A stretch of 64,000 bases of DNA from Nibricoccus sp. (GTDB lineage: Bacteria > Verrucomicrobiota > Verrucomicrobiia > Opitutales > Opitutaceae). Position 1 is the first letter of the stretch. Each line of letters starts with the position of its first letter. The position numbers and the translations under genes were made by a program. Shown here piece by piece: positions 10,949-23,714 of this stretch. The DNA lies in NCBI GenBank assembly GCA_047602425.1, contig JASGHG010000001.1, positions 416,001 to 480,000 on the forward strand, given 5' to 3'. The notes below the pieces were generated by a model, which was given only the letters and a program-made list of their open reading frames with translations, had not been told where the DNA came from and made no database searches.

Positions 10949-11659
10949 ATGAAAATCCCCGTCCTGCTCTGTCTCCTTTGTGCCCTTCTGGGCGGCTGTG
11001 CGCGCAAATCGGAACTGGAGAAAACCCGCGCCCAACTCGCCGAGGCTCAGCGCAAAATCGAACAGCTCGAAAATGAACGCGTGCCGCGGGCCCAATATGA
11101 CATCGCCCGCGCTTCGCTGCGCATCGCCGACGAACGGATTAGTACGCTCGAAAAGAACCTGAATGCCGCCTACGACTTGATGGCCGAGCAACAAATCACG
11201 CCGCCAACAGAACTCGCCTCAGCCAACAGTTCGCCGACCTCCGGCACGCCCGCGACCCCACCGACAAATTTTCACCTCGCGAACGGCGGTTACATTGTCA
11301 CCAACGACACTCACGTCTACAGCGCGGACTCGGAACTGGCTCTTGGAAAAAACTTAAAAGTCTCTTCTCCCACCGGCCTCATGGTGACCGACACCGAGCA
11401 GCGCATCGTCGGCGGCGACCTCGCCATTAAAGCCAAGGGCGTCACCATGGCGTCCGAAGACGGCCTGCTCATGACCAATGCCGACGGCACGGTGAAATTC
11501 ACCGGTTCGAACCTCACCATGAAATTTGACGAAAAGAAGGAGACGCCGAACCAGCCCGCGGAGGCACTCGCCTTGCCGCCTCAGTCCGAGCGCGCTCCCC
11601 TTCCCAGCTCCTCTCAGACGACGTCGGGATCCTCCCAAGTCGCCACGGGCAACCAGTAG
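10949..11659 (+). CDS. Hypothetical lipoprotein (coiled coil followed by a beta-rich domain)
   Basis: MKIPVLLCLLCALLGGC lipobox-type signal; heptad-rich segment; Pro/Ser/Thr linkers. Confidence 0.7.
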   Translation: MKIPVLLCLLCALLGGCARKSELEKTRAQLAEAQRKIEQLENERVPRAQYDIARASLRIADERISTLEKNLNAAYDLMAEQQITPPTELASANSSPTSGTPATPPTNFHLANGGYIVTNDTHVYSADSELALGKNLKVSSPTGLMVTDTEQRIVGGDLAIKAKGVTMASEDGLLMTNADGTVKFTGSNLTMKFDEKKETPNQPAEALALPPQSERAPLPSSSQTTSGSSQVATGNQ

Positions 11660-11931
11660 TAACCCGCCCTTTAGTGTGAGGTGATCATGGCTCGCCTCGG
11701 AAGCGCTTGGTCGGCGGTGTCGACCAAAACGAATCAGTTTCGAGATAACCATTTGGTTTAAGGAAACTGTCGCGCCCGCTTGGGGAGATGAAAGCTGGCA
11801 TCGCTCGCTCGTGTCCTGAGCGAAGACGACCTTTGGCACGTTCATCGAGGCAACCAAAATCCTCCGCAAAGTCTCTCCGTGTCCCTCGGAAAACCGATCC
11901 AACCGCAACCTTTCTCTCGTCTGACACATTC

Positions 11932-11947
11932 TGGCACAGGCCGTGCT
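11932..11947 (+). promoter_or_regulatory. Sigma54 (-24/-12) promoter of amtB1-glnK1
   Basis: TGGCACAGGCCGTGCT with exact GG-N10-GC spacing, about 80 bp upstream of the amtB start. Confidence 0.75.
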
Positions 11948-12026
11948 CATGGAACCTCACGCTTGCCTGTCTTCCAGACCAGACCCTCAAGCAAAACTTC
12001 AACTCCTAACCACTGATTATATACGT

Positions 12027-13882
<1,856 letters not shown>

Positions 13883-13903
13883 CCTAAACCATCTCGTAGC
13901 ACC

Positions 13904-13942
13904 AAGGCCGGCGCCGCGCCTCCGCGGTAGTCGGCCTTTTTT
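13904..13942 (+). terminator. Intrinsic terminator after glnK1
   Basis: aaggccgg...tcggcctt stem followed by a T-run. Confidence 0.75.
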
Positions 13943-14111
13943 GTTGTGGTCCCCGCTATGCCTCCTTTCACCGGCGTTACGTGCCGATCCACCTCAAATC
14001 TCCCTCAGTGGACAAAATCGACCGGTCTAACCAATAAACCTCATTTTATTAATTCATTACCAGCAAATGACTTATTTATTTCACCAATGAAAGTTAAATG
14101 AATTTCATGCA

Positions 14112-14127
14112 TGGCATTCATTTTGCT
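14112..14127 (+). promoter_or_regulatory. Sigma54 (-24/-12) promoter of amtB2-glnK2
   Basis: TGGCATTCATTTTGCT with GG-N10-GC spacing, preceded by a very AT-rich tract (14030-14105). Confidence 0.8.
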
Positions 14128-14143
14128 CATGGGGCTTGTGCCT

Positions 14144-16002
<1,859 letters not shown>

Positions 16003-16054
16003 TCGAGAACCGCCACGCCGCTCCTTGAGCGGTGTGACGTTAAAATTTCAGGCC

Positions 16055-16086
16055 AAAGGCCGGCTCCGGAAAGAGCCGGCCTTTTT
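16055..16086 (+). terminator. Intrinsic terminator after glnK2
   Basis: aaaggccggctc-cggaaa-gagccggccttt followed by T's. Confidence 0.85.
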
Positions 16087-16116
16087 GTTGCAAAAAACAG
16101 GGCGCGTTATCCTCAC

Positions 16117-16292
16117 AGCAAGTTGTATTCAAAGATATAAACGCGGCTTGTCGGTAGGGACGCCTCTCCGAGGCGGCCGCCGCGCCGTCGAAGGATCTGC
16201 AATATTGACGGACGACTCGGAGAGCCGTCCCTACCAATAATCTACCGACAACGCCGTTGGCATTGCTTTGCTATTTTTGGGTGCAGCTTGTT
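16117..16292. repeat. Long nested palindrome enclosing an inverted GTAG-type REP doublet (REPIN-like)
   Basis: 20-bp outer stem 16118-16137/16272-16291; ttgtcggtag/ctaccgacaa; GTAGGGACG(16154)...CGTCCCTAC(16234). Confidence 0.8.
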
Positions 16293-16315
16293 TTAGTTTA
16301 TACAAAATTCCGCAC

Positions 16316-16347
16316 AAAAAAAGGCGCCCGGAAAACCGGGCGCCTTT
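16316..16347 (-). terminator. Intrinsic terminator of rpsA
   Basis: aaaggcgcccgg-aaaa-ccgggcgccttt with a T-run on the - strand. Confidence 0.85.
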
Positions 16348-16378
16348 GAATTTTGTATCCGACTAACGGTTATGCTGA

Positions 16379-18049
16379 TTACTCCTTCTTGGAGGCCTCG
16401 TCGAGGATGTCGCCGAGGTTCATCATGTCGTTGCCGGCATTGCGGTTGAGCGCCTCGTAGGTGGCGGTCTCAGCGGCGAGCTGCTCGGAGCTGTAGTTGG
16501 CGGCCTTGATCGAGAGACCGAGGCGGCGTTCGTCGCGGTCGATCTTGATGACGCGGGCCGTGACTTCCTGGCCGGGCTTGAGCACGTCTTTAACCTTCTC
16601 GATGCGCTCTTCGCTGATCTGCGAGATGTGCACGAGGCCGTCGATGCCGTCCTTGAGCTCCACGAAGGCGCCGAAGGAGGTGATTTTGGTGACGGTGCCC
16701 TTGACGACGTCGCCGATCTTGAAGTGGCTGTCGATGTCGGACCACGGATCGGTCGCGAGCTGCTTCATGCCAAGGCTGATGCGCTGCTGGGAAGGATCGA
16801 CGTCGAGCACGATCGCGTCGACTTCGTCGGCCTTCTTGAGCATTTCGCTCGGGTGATTGACCTTGCGGGTCCAGCTCATGTCGGAGACGTGAACCATGCC
16901 ATCGATGCCCTCTTCGAGTTCGATGAAGGCGCCGTAGGTGGTCATGTTGCGAACCTTGCCGCGAACACGAGCGCCGATCGGGTAGTTGTGGCGAACCATG
17001 TCCCAAGGATTTGGTTCGAGCTGGCGCAGGCCGAGCGAGATCTTCTGCTCTTCCTTCTGGATGCCGAGGACAACCGCATCGAGCTCCTGGCCGACTTTGA
17101 GAACTTCGGAGGGCTTCGAAATGCGCTTCGTCCAGGACATCTCGGTGATGTGCACGAGACCTTCGACGCCGGGTTCGATTTCGATGAACGCACCGTAGGG
17201 AACCAGGTTGACGACCTTGCCGCGAACTTTGGCGCCGACAGGGAACTTGTGTTCGATGTCGTCCCAAGGATTCTTGGTGGTCTGCTTGAGACCGAGGGAA
17301 ACGCGCTCTTTTTCGCGGTTAACCTCGATGATCATGACCTGGATTTCCTCACCCTGTTTGAGCATTTCGCTCGGGTGCGTGATGCGGCCCCAGCTCATGT
17401 CGGTGATGTGGAGAAGGCCGTCCATACCGTCGAGATCGATGAACGCACCGAAGTCGGTGATGTTCTTCACGACGCCCTTGCGGACCTGGCCGGGCTGGAT
17501 CGTATCCAACAAAGCACGACGTTTGTCGGTGCGCTGTTGTTCGATTAGTTCGCGGCGGGAAAGAACGATGTTCTTACGGTCGAGATTGATTTTGAGAACC
17601 TTGAAATCGTAGGTCTGGCCGACGTACTGGTCGAGGTTCTTGGGAGGCTGCACATCGATGTGCGAAGCCGGGAGGAAGGAATCGACGCCGATCGAAACGA
17701 TCAGGCCGCCCTTGACCTTGGCCTTCACGCGACCCGCGGCGATGGAGCCTTCCGGGAACTTCGTGAGGATGTTGTCCCAATTTTTCTTCTGTTCGGCTTT
17801 GTCGAACGAGAGGATGGGAGCGCCGCTCTTGTCTTCGAGTTTCTCGACATAAACGTCGATCGAAGAGCCGATCTGAAGATCGCCGAGATCGATGAACTCG
17901 TTGGCGGGAATGACGCCTTCGGATTTACCGCCGATGTCGACGACAACTTCATTCTGGCGGATTTCGGTGATGGTACCGGGGACGATGGAGCCTTCTTTAA
18001 GTTTATCGAAGGCGGACTGCGCGAGCAGTTCTTGCATTACTGAACTCAT
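16379..18049 (-). CDS. rpsA: 30S ribosomal protein S1
   Basis: Six S1 repeats (VKNITDFGAFIDL, GLLHITDMSW, YGAFIEIEPGVEGLVH, RISLGMKQ); start ATG 18049. Confidence 0.98.
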   Translation of the reverse strand: MSSVMQELLAQSAFDKLKEGSIVPGTITEIRQNEVVVDIGGKSEGVIPANEFIDLGDLQIGSSIDVYVEKLEDKSGAPILSFDKAEQKKNWDNILTKFPEGSIAAGRVKAKVKGGLIVSIGVDSFLPASHIDVQPPKNLDQYVGQTYDFKVLKINLDRKNIVLSRRELIEQQRTDKRRALLDTIQPGQVRKGVVKNITDFGAFIDLDGMDGLLHITDMSWGRITHPSEMLKQGEEIQVMIIEVNREKERVSLGLKQTTKNPWDDIEHKFPVGAKVRGKVVNLVPYGAFIEIEPGVEGLVHITEMSWTKRISKPSEVLKVGQELDAVVLGIQKEEQKISLGLRQLEPNPWDMVRHNYPIGARVRGKVRNMTTYGAFIELEEGIDGMVHVSDMSWTRKVNHPSEMLKKADEVDAIVLDVDPSQQRISLGMKQLATDPWSDIDSHFKIGDVVKGTVTKITSFGAFVELKDGIDGLVHISQISEERIEKVKDVLKPGQEVTARVIKIDRDERRLGLSIKAANYSSEQLAAETATYEALNRNAGNDMMNLGDILDEASKKE

Positions 18050-18344
18050 GTGAACGATGCGAAACGCCGCCGCCCTTGCTCCTTGGCACCGGCCTTCCGC
18101 GCTGACCCGTGAGGGTCGTGGGTTGAAGGTTTGACTGACGTGTAGGACCAACGGGAGCAATGCGGCGCGTTGGCCTGAATCGAAAGAACAGCCGCAAACC
18201 GCCAGACTCTCGAAGCCCCCTGCCCTCCGCAAGAGGAAAAACCGGGATTTTCATTTATGAAAACTCCTACTTCGACGGGCGTGCTGGATGTGCTTACACC
18301 GCGCGTTCAAATACTTCCGCAACAAACCTCCGCACGTTGCCGCT

Positions 18345-18773
18345 TTAACCGCCCGTGGCGCGGACCACCAGAATCGGAATTGCGGTGTTGTGGCGCACTT
18401 TTTCGATCGTGCTGCCGTGGATCAAATCGCCGATCAATTTGTGGCCGTGTGAGGTCATCGCGATCAGATCGCAGCCGTGCGTGACACTCACCTTCAGGAT
18501 TTCCTGCGGCGGGTTTCCCATCGCAAGCGCGGTCTGCACACTGAGGCCTTTTTCCCGCAACTGCGTCGCTCTCGTTTCCAGATAGGCGCGGTCGGCTTTG
18601 ATTTCTTCGGACTCCGCAAGTTTCAACTGATCGAAATTCCGCGCCGCCCAACCATCTGCCACATGTAAAAGTAATAATTCCGCGCCGACGATTGTTGCCA
18701 ACTGGGCCACATGTGGAAGCAGCGAAGTGTCGGCCTTGTCGTTTTCCAGCGCTACGAGAATTTTGCGGTACAT
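18345..18773 (-). CDS. Universal stress protein (UspA family)
   Basis: MYRKILVAL, LLLLHV, GNPPQEIL, DLIAMTSHG, GSTIEKVRH, IPILVVR; directly downstream of mntH. Confidence 0.9.
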   Translation of the reverse strand: MYRKILVALENDKADTSLLPHVAQLATIVGAELLLLHVADGWAARNFDQLKLAESEEIKADRAYLETRATQLREKGLSVQTALAMGNPPQEILKVSVTHGCDLIAMTSHGHKLIGDLIHGSTIEKVRHNTAIPILVVRATGG

Positions 18774-18789
18774 AGCGTAAAGCTTCAGG

Positions 18790-20190
18790 TTACTTCGACG
18801 CCGAAAAGAAATCGATCAGGAGTTTTGTATTCAGTCCCACGATAACCACAGTCGTGATCCATGCGAGAACCTTGATCCAAACCGGATTCACGAATTGCCC
18901 CATCATCTTGCGATTGCTGGTGAACATGACGAGCGGGATCACCGCAAACGGCAGCTGCAAGCTCAATATAACCTGACTCAACACCAGAAGCTTCGCCGTG
19001 CCACCCTCGCCGTAGAGCGCCGTGCAAATCACCGCCGGCACGATCGCGATCAATCGCGTGATCAGTCGCCGCAACCACGGCCTCAGCCGCAAATTCAGGA
19101 AGCCTTCCATCACAATCTGTCCTGCAAGCGTGCCGGTCAGCGTCGAGTTTTGTCCCGAGGCCAGCAGCGCGAGCGCAAAAAGCGTGCTCGCAACGCCGAC
19201 GCCGAGCATGGGCGAAAGCAATTGATACGCGTCCTGAATTTCCGCCACATCGTGACGCCCCTGTGTGTGAAACGTCGCCGCCGCCACGATCAAGATGCCA
19301 CCGTTGATGAAGAGCGCCATCATCAGCGCGATCGTGGAATCGAGCGTGGCAAACTTGATCGCCTCGGCCTTGCCCGCCGTATTCTGTTCGTATTTGCGCG
19401 TCTGCACAATCGACGAGTGCAAATAGAGATTATGCGGCATCACCGTCGCACCGAGAATGCCGATGGCCACGTAGAGCATCGCGGGATTTTTCACGATTTC
19501 CGCCGAAGGCACAAAGCCTCCGAGCACAGCCATAACCTCTGGCTTGGAGAAAAGAATTTCCAAGCCAAAGCAGACAGCGATGACCGCCATGAGCGCGATG
19601 ACCATGGATTCCAAAACGCGAAAACCTTTATGCGCGAGGTAAAGCACAAGCATCACGTCGAGCGCCGTGAGACACACGCCCCACACGAGCGGAATGCCAA
19701 ACAACAGGTTCAACGCAATCGCCGTGCCGATCACTTCCGCCAGATCGCAGGCGCAAATCGCGATTTCACACAACACCCACAACGCCATCGAAACAGGCTT
19801 CGAGTAATGATCCCTGCAAGCCTGAGCCAGATCGCGCCCCGTCACGATGCCAAGCTTCGCGCATAGCGACTGAAGGAGGATCGCCATCAGGTTCGAAATC
19901 AAAATGACGCTCAACAAAGTGTAACCGAACTGCGAACCACCGGCAAGATCGGTGGCCCAGTTGCCGGGATCCATGTAGCCAACCGCCACGAGGTACCCCG
20001 GGCCCGAAAAGGCCAGGAGCTTCCGCCAAAAGCCGATCGCCTTCGACACCTCCACCGTGCGGTGAACTTCTGGCAGCGAACGATCCTCGTGAACGAGCGG
20101 TGCGGGCATGGCCGTCGCCGTTGCGGCCGACACGGCTCCGGCACCTTGTCTATCTTCCGGTATATTCAGGTCAGGTTTTTCTAGCTTCAT
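18790..20190 (-). CDS. mntH: NRAMP-family Mn2+/Fe2+ transporter
   Basis: [59 protein letters not shown]. Confidence 0.97.
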   Translation of the reverse strand: MKLEKPDLNIPEDRQGAGAVSAATATAMPAPLVHEDRSLPEVHRTVEVSKAIGFWRKLLAFSGPGYLVAVGYMDPGNWATDLAGGSQFGYTLLSVILISNLMAILLQSLCAKLGIVTGRDLAQACRDHYSKPVSMALWVLCEIAICACDLAEVIGTAIALNLLFGIPLVWGVCLTALDVMLVLYLAHKGFRVLESMVIALMAVIAVCFGLEILFSKPEVMAVLGGFVPSAEIVKNPAMLYVAIGILGATVMPHNLYLHSSIVQTRKYEQNTAGKAEAIKFATLDSTIALMMALFINGGILIVAAATFHTQGRHDVAEIQDAYQLLSPMLGVGVASTLFALALLASGQNSTLTGTLAGQIVMEGFLNLRLRPWLRRLITRLIAIVPAVICTALYGEGGTAKLLVLSQVILSLQLPFAVIPLVMFTSNRKMMGQFVNPVWIKVLAWITTVVIVGLNTKLLIDFFSASK

Positions 20191-20198
20191 CTTAACTT

Positions 20199-20236
20199 TG
20201 TAGCATAAGCTACATTTTGATTTCTGCTATTGTCAA
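20199..20236 (-). promoter_or_regulatory. mntH sigma70 promoter with overlapping MntR operator
   Basis: Minus strand TTGACA(20236-20231)-18 bp-TAGCTT; palindrome TGTAGC-n4-GCTACA (20199-20214) resembles the TAGC-n4-GCTA core of the enterobacterial MntR box. Confidence 0.8.
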
Positions 20237-20266
20237 GTCTGCCGGCGTTACATTTTCATTCCCTCG

Positions 20267-20728
20267 ATGCCCCGCCCTCCGTCCAAGCCCGCCGCCGCCA
20301 GCGCCAAGCTCATTCCGAGCGACCCGGCACGCACGCGTAATGAGCATGCGCAGGAAACGGCTCAGGATTACGTCGAGATGATCGCCAAACTCATTGACGA
20401 AACGGGCGAGGCCCGGGTGACCGATCTGGCGCGCCAACTCGGCGTGACACACGTCACGGTCAATCGCACGATTCAGCGATTGCGACGCGACGGGCTTGTC
20501 ACCGCCCTGCCCTATCGCTCGATTTTTTTGACCGAGATCGGGCGCAAACTTTCCGACGAATCACGTCAGCGCCACGAAATCGTCGGCGCATTTCTTGAGT
20601 CACTCGGCGTTCCTGCGGAGATTGCACAAGCCGATGCCGAGGGCATCGAGCATCACGTAAGCAAGGAGACATTGAAAGCCTTTGTCCGCCATCTGAAGCG
20701 CACTGACTCCACGTCGCGTCCGAAGTGA
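20267..20728 (+). CDS. mntR: Manganese-dependent DtxR-family regulator
   Basis: ETAQDYVEMI, GEARVTDLARQLGVTHVTV HTH, PYRSIFLT, DAEGIEHHVS; divergent from mntH. Confidence 0.93.
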   Translation: MPRPPSKPAAASAKLIPSDPARTRNEHAQETAQDYVEMIAKLIDETGEARVTDLARQLGVTHVTVNRTIQRLRRDGLVTALPYRSIFLTEIGRKLSDESRQRHEIVGAFLESLGVPAEIAQADAEGIEHHVSKETLKAFVRHLKRTDSTSRPK

Positions 20729-20931
20729 CTTCGGTAGCGGCGTGGTTTGGTTCGCGGTGTTGAGGGTGCCAATCGCTGTGGCTGTCTGCGGAGCGTGGGT
20801 TTCAAATAGGATAGTGGGATCGCGCCTCACGACGGGGGCAGATTTCCCTCGCAAGCTCGACTTGGTCGGGCCGTTTTACGGGCGGTGGTCGCTACATTTT
20901 CCGCAGACCACTCCGCACGCATTCCCTCAAT

Positions 20932-20956
20932 CGCTCTGTCGCGATAGAGCGTTTTT
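20932..20956 (+). terminator. Intrinsic terminator downstream of mntR and the 20760-20930 palindrome
   Basis: cgctctgt-cgcg-atagagcg followed by TTTTT. Confidence 0.65.
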
Positions 20957-20985
20957 AAAAATGTCATAGCCGCACAACTCCGGCT

Positions 20986-21056
20986 GTAGGGGCGCAGTCT
21001 TGCTGCGCCCGGTTTGGCTTTGCCACAGAAAGGGCGCAGCAAGACTGCGCCCCTAC
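20986..21056. repeat. Inverted GTAG-type REP doublet (REPIN-like)
   Basis: GTAGGGGCGCAGTCTTGCTGCGCCC and its exact reverse complement GGGCGCAGCAAGACTGCGCCCCTAC; each arm is itself a hairpin. Confidence 0.85.
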
Positions 21057-21126
21057 GAAGACAGCTCGGTTTGTAACACCGATTTACGGCTACAGTTTTA
21101 TTGTGTGTGCTCTAGGTTCAGTTTAT

Positions 21127-21160
21127 AAAATACAGCAGCCGGGCTTTTCAGCCCGGCTGC
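21127..21160 (-). terminator. Intrinsic terminator of the TonB-dependent receptor gene
   Basis: gcagccgggc-n6-gcccggctgc, T-rich tail on the - strand; second hairpin tttgtttcgtcc/ggacgaaacaaa at 21186-21218. Confidence 0.65.
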
Positions 21161-21236
21161 CACATATACTAACCACCCACTAGCCTTTGTTTCGTCCACC
21201 CACAGCGGACGAAACAAACGGTCTTTCGACCAAGTC

Positions 21237-23714
21237 TCAGAAAGTATATGAAATCGTGCTCTTAAAGGTGCGCGGAGTGCCGACCACGAGCGAACCACGG
21301 CTGCCGGCGGCGAGGATATATTCCTTGTCGGTCAGGTTCATGATCGTGACCGAAGCGGCCCAATGCGCGATCTTATAGGAGAAGCCAAGGTTAGCGAGCG
21401 TACGCGCGCCGACCACGAAGGAAGGTTTGACCGGCATCGGGGTGTGGCCGCGGGCCACGATGAAACCGGTGGCATTTTCGCCAGCAACGTCTCCCTTGTA
21501 ATCAATACCGAAGTTGATGCCGAACCCTTTCATAGCTCCATCGACGAATTTGTAGTCGACGTAGCCGCCGTAGGCGAGATCGGGCATGCCGCGCACGCGG
21601 GTATTGGTGATGGGCTGGCGGACTTTGTAATCGGTGATGTTGCCAACGACGGTCAGGCCTTTGCGCATCGAATAGGTAGCCTCGAACTCCCATCCTTTGG
21701 AGGTGAGATCGAGATAGAGGGGCGTTAGCGCATTGGCAGCAGCGATGTCGCCGAGCGAGATCAGGCGGTAGTATTCGCTGTTGGTCGTGGCGACGTTTTG
21801 CTGCGCGATATCGAAGTAGGCAAACGACGTGGTCAGCCGGCCGTCGAGGAAATTGGTTTTGAAACCGTATTCCTTCTGGCTGCCCACGGCAAGCGGTAGG
21901 CCGGGGGTCGTATTGCCGGCTTGGAGCGAACCTGGCATGGCGGCACCCGTCGTATTGCGACTGAAAAATAGCGATACCTGCTTGATCGGCTTCACGACGA
22001 TGCCAAAGGAGGTGGCGTTGCTGGTGGCATTGAACGCGGGATTGGTGAGCGTCTGGGGTGCGGTGGGGTTGTTCACCGGATGGTATCCCGGGTTCGGTAT
22101 GGTGAAACTGACTGTACCGTTGTTATCATCGCGGGTGAGTTCGCCGAAATAGCGCGAGACACCACCGGAGACTTGGATACGGTCCTGCCAAACACTGAGC
22201 GTTTCATAAACAAATGTCTGGAGATCCTTCAAAACACCGGTCTTGTCCGTGCCGAAGCCCTGCGTGCTGGTGCCAGGGCGGATGTCGGCGTAGTTGTAAG
22301 CCGGATACGTGATGCTGGCCAGATTGTTGGCCGGGACCGCTGGACGCCCAGCCGGTGCCCAGGATTGGAAACGCACACGAGAGGCATTCGCAGTGAGGCC
22401 GGCGATTGTTGTGGACTTGAAATTTTTGCCGCCGAATTTCGCAGCGTAGTCGTTTTTCAAGTGGGCCTCAGTGTAGTCGAGATCGACTTTGCCGTTGTTG
22501 CGGGTGTAAACCCAAGTCGATGGATCGGTGATCGGAACGGGCGTGCCGGTCAAGACCACGGTACCTGTCAGGTCGTTATTGAAAGCGTTCGTATTCCAGT
22601 TGACGCCGGGCTCATATTCGCCGGTCAGAGGATTGACGCTGCCGCCGCCCGACTGGGTGAGGCCGGCCGCAGTGCCACCGACATCGTGGCGGTGCACGTG
22701 ATCAACCATGAACAGGAGGCGCGAGCTGACGTTCTGGTTGAGCTCGGAAATTAACTCGGCGCTGAGGCGCTGCGTGGTGCGTTTGCGGCTGTCGATATCA
22801 TTGCCAAACTGCCAATCGCGGGGAAGGCCGCGGGCAATCTGAGCCACACCACCATAACCAATACTAGGATCTATCGGCAGGCCGCCGAGGTTAGTCTCGC
22901 GGTTGAGGACAACATCGGCCTTGACCGTGAGTTTGCTGGCAGGCGAAACCTGATAGGAGAACGACGGTGAAATCTCGTAGCCCTTGCGGAAATGGTCCTT
23001 GATGTAGAATTCGCTATTCCAGTAGGCGGCGACGAGGCGGGCGGCCATCTTGCCGTCCTTGGTAAGGACACGGTTGACGTCGAACCAGACGTCACGCCCC
23101 ATATTGGGCGAGTAGTCAATGGTCACGCTCGCGGCGTTTTTGGACAGTGGGGCTTTTGTGATCGGATTGATCACACCACCGGGACTGCCACCGGGAACGA
23201 GAATGGAATTAGGACCCTTGATGACTTCGAGGCGCTCGATGTTGTAGGGCGCTTGCGACATGCTGTAACCGTCCGCGCCAGAGATCATGGTACCGTCGAT
23301 AAACTCGGCCGAAACCATGAAGCCACGAATCGAGTAACGGTCGCCGCCGAAGGGAAGCGTGGATTCCTGCACCGGCGTGACGTACTTGGCTGTATCCAGC
23401 ATTCGGTTACCTTTCGTGTCTTCCATTAGTTCCTTTGGAATAACCGAAATAGTCTGGGGAATATCCACGATAGCCGTGGCAATACGCGAAGCGGAGAGCG
23501 CTTGTTGCGATTGATAGCGGTTGCCGCTCTCGGCGGTGATTTCAAACTTTGGCAATTCCACGGCCTGATCTTCGTTCAGCGTTGCAGTGGTGCTCGTGCC
23601 TGGAGTCGTCACGGCCGTCTGGCCGTAAGCTAAACAACCCGCGCCACAAATAACAGCGAGGGAGAATCCGCGCAGAATGGCGCGTGCATGTGTAGTAGGG
23701 TTTGTCGGTGTCAT
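21237..23714 (-). CDS. TonB-dependent outer-membrane receptor
   Basis: AVELPKFEIT, DIPQTISVI plug start, YSIRGF, IERLEVIKGPNSIL, PGGVINPITK, NLTDKEY, C-terminal SYTF; start re-assigned to ATG 23714. Confidence 0.93.
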   Translation of the reverse strand: MTPTNPTTHARAILRGFSLAVICGAGCLAYGQTAVTTPGTSTTATLNEDQAVELPKFEITAESGNRYQSQQALSASRIATAIVDIPQTISVIPKELMEDTKGNRMLDTAKYVTPVQESTLPFGGDRYSIRGFMVSAEFIDGTMISGADGYSMSQAPYNIERLEVIKGPNSILVPGGSPGGVINPITKAPLSKNAASVTIDYSPNMGRDVWFDVNRVLTKDGKMAARLVAAYWNSEFYIKDHFRKGYEISPSFSYQVSPASKLTVKADVVLNRETNLGGLPIDPSIGYGGVAQIARGLPRDWQFGNDIDSRKRTTQRLSAELISELNQNVSSRLLFMVDHVHRHDVGGTAAGLTQSGGGSVNPLTGEYEPGVNWNTNAFNNDLTGTVVLTGTPVPITDPSTWVYTRNNGKVDLDYTEAHLKNDYAAKFGGKNFKSTTIAGLTANASRVRFQSWAPAGRPAVPANNLASITYPAYNYADIRPGTSTQGFGTDKTGVLKDLQTFVYETLSVWQDRIQVSGGVSRYFGELTRDDNNGTVSFTIPNPGYHPVNNPTAPQTLTNPAFNATSNATSFGIVVKPIKQVSLFFSRNTTGAAMPGSLQAGNTTPGLPLAVGSQKEYGFKTNFLDGRLTTSFAYFDIAQQNVATTNSEYYRLISLGDIAAANALTPLYLDLTSKGWEFEATYSMRKGLTVVGNITDYKVRQPITNTRVRGMPDLAYGGYVDYKFVDGAMKGFGINFGIDYKGDVAGENATGFIVARGHTPMPVKPSFVVGARTLANLGFSYKIAHWAASVTIMNLTDKEYILAAGSRGSLVVGTPRTFKSTISYTF

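Noticed and set aside
9218..11194. 658-aa antisense ORF over guaB (similar shadows at 5959-7041, 26472-28019, 39599-40981, 48502-49920, 51466-52602)
   Set aside because: They lie opposite well-supported genes and show no recognisable motifs; this is expected from high-GC codon bias
11833..11848. Additional sigma54 box TTGGCACGTTCATCGA
   Set aside because: Good -24 half, but no GC at the required 10-bp spacing
16379..18232. Long N-terminal extensions in the ORF track (rpsA, TonB receptor, LacI, kup, GNAT, hisS, ackA, pstA, several glycosyltransferases)
   Set aside because: The extensions overlap neighbouring genes or promoters and precede the conserved N-termini; starts were re-assigned to downstream codons
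20191..20266. yybP-ykoY manganese riboswitch upstream of mntH
   Set aside because: Only 76 bp, filled by promoter and operator; no consensus seen
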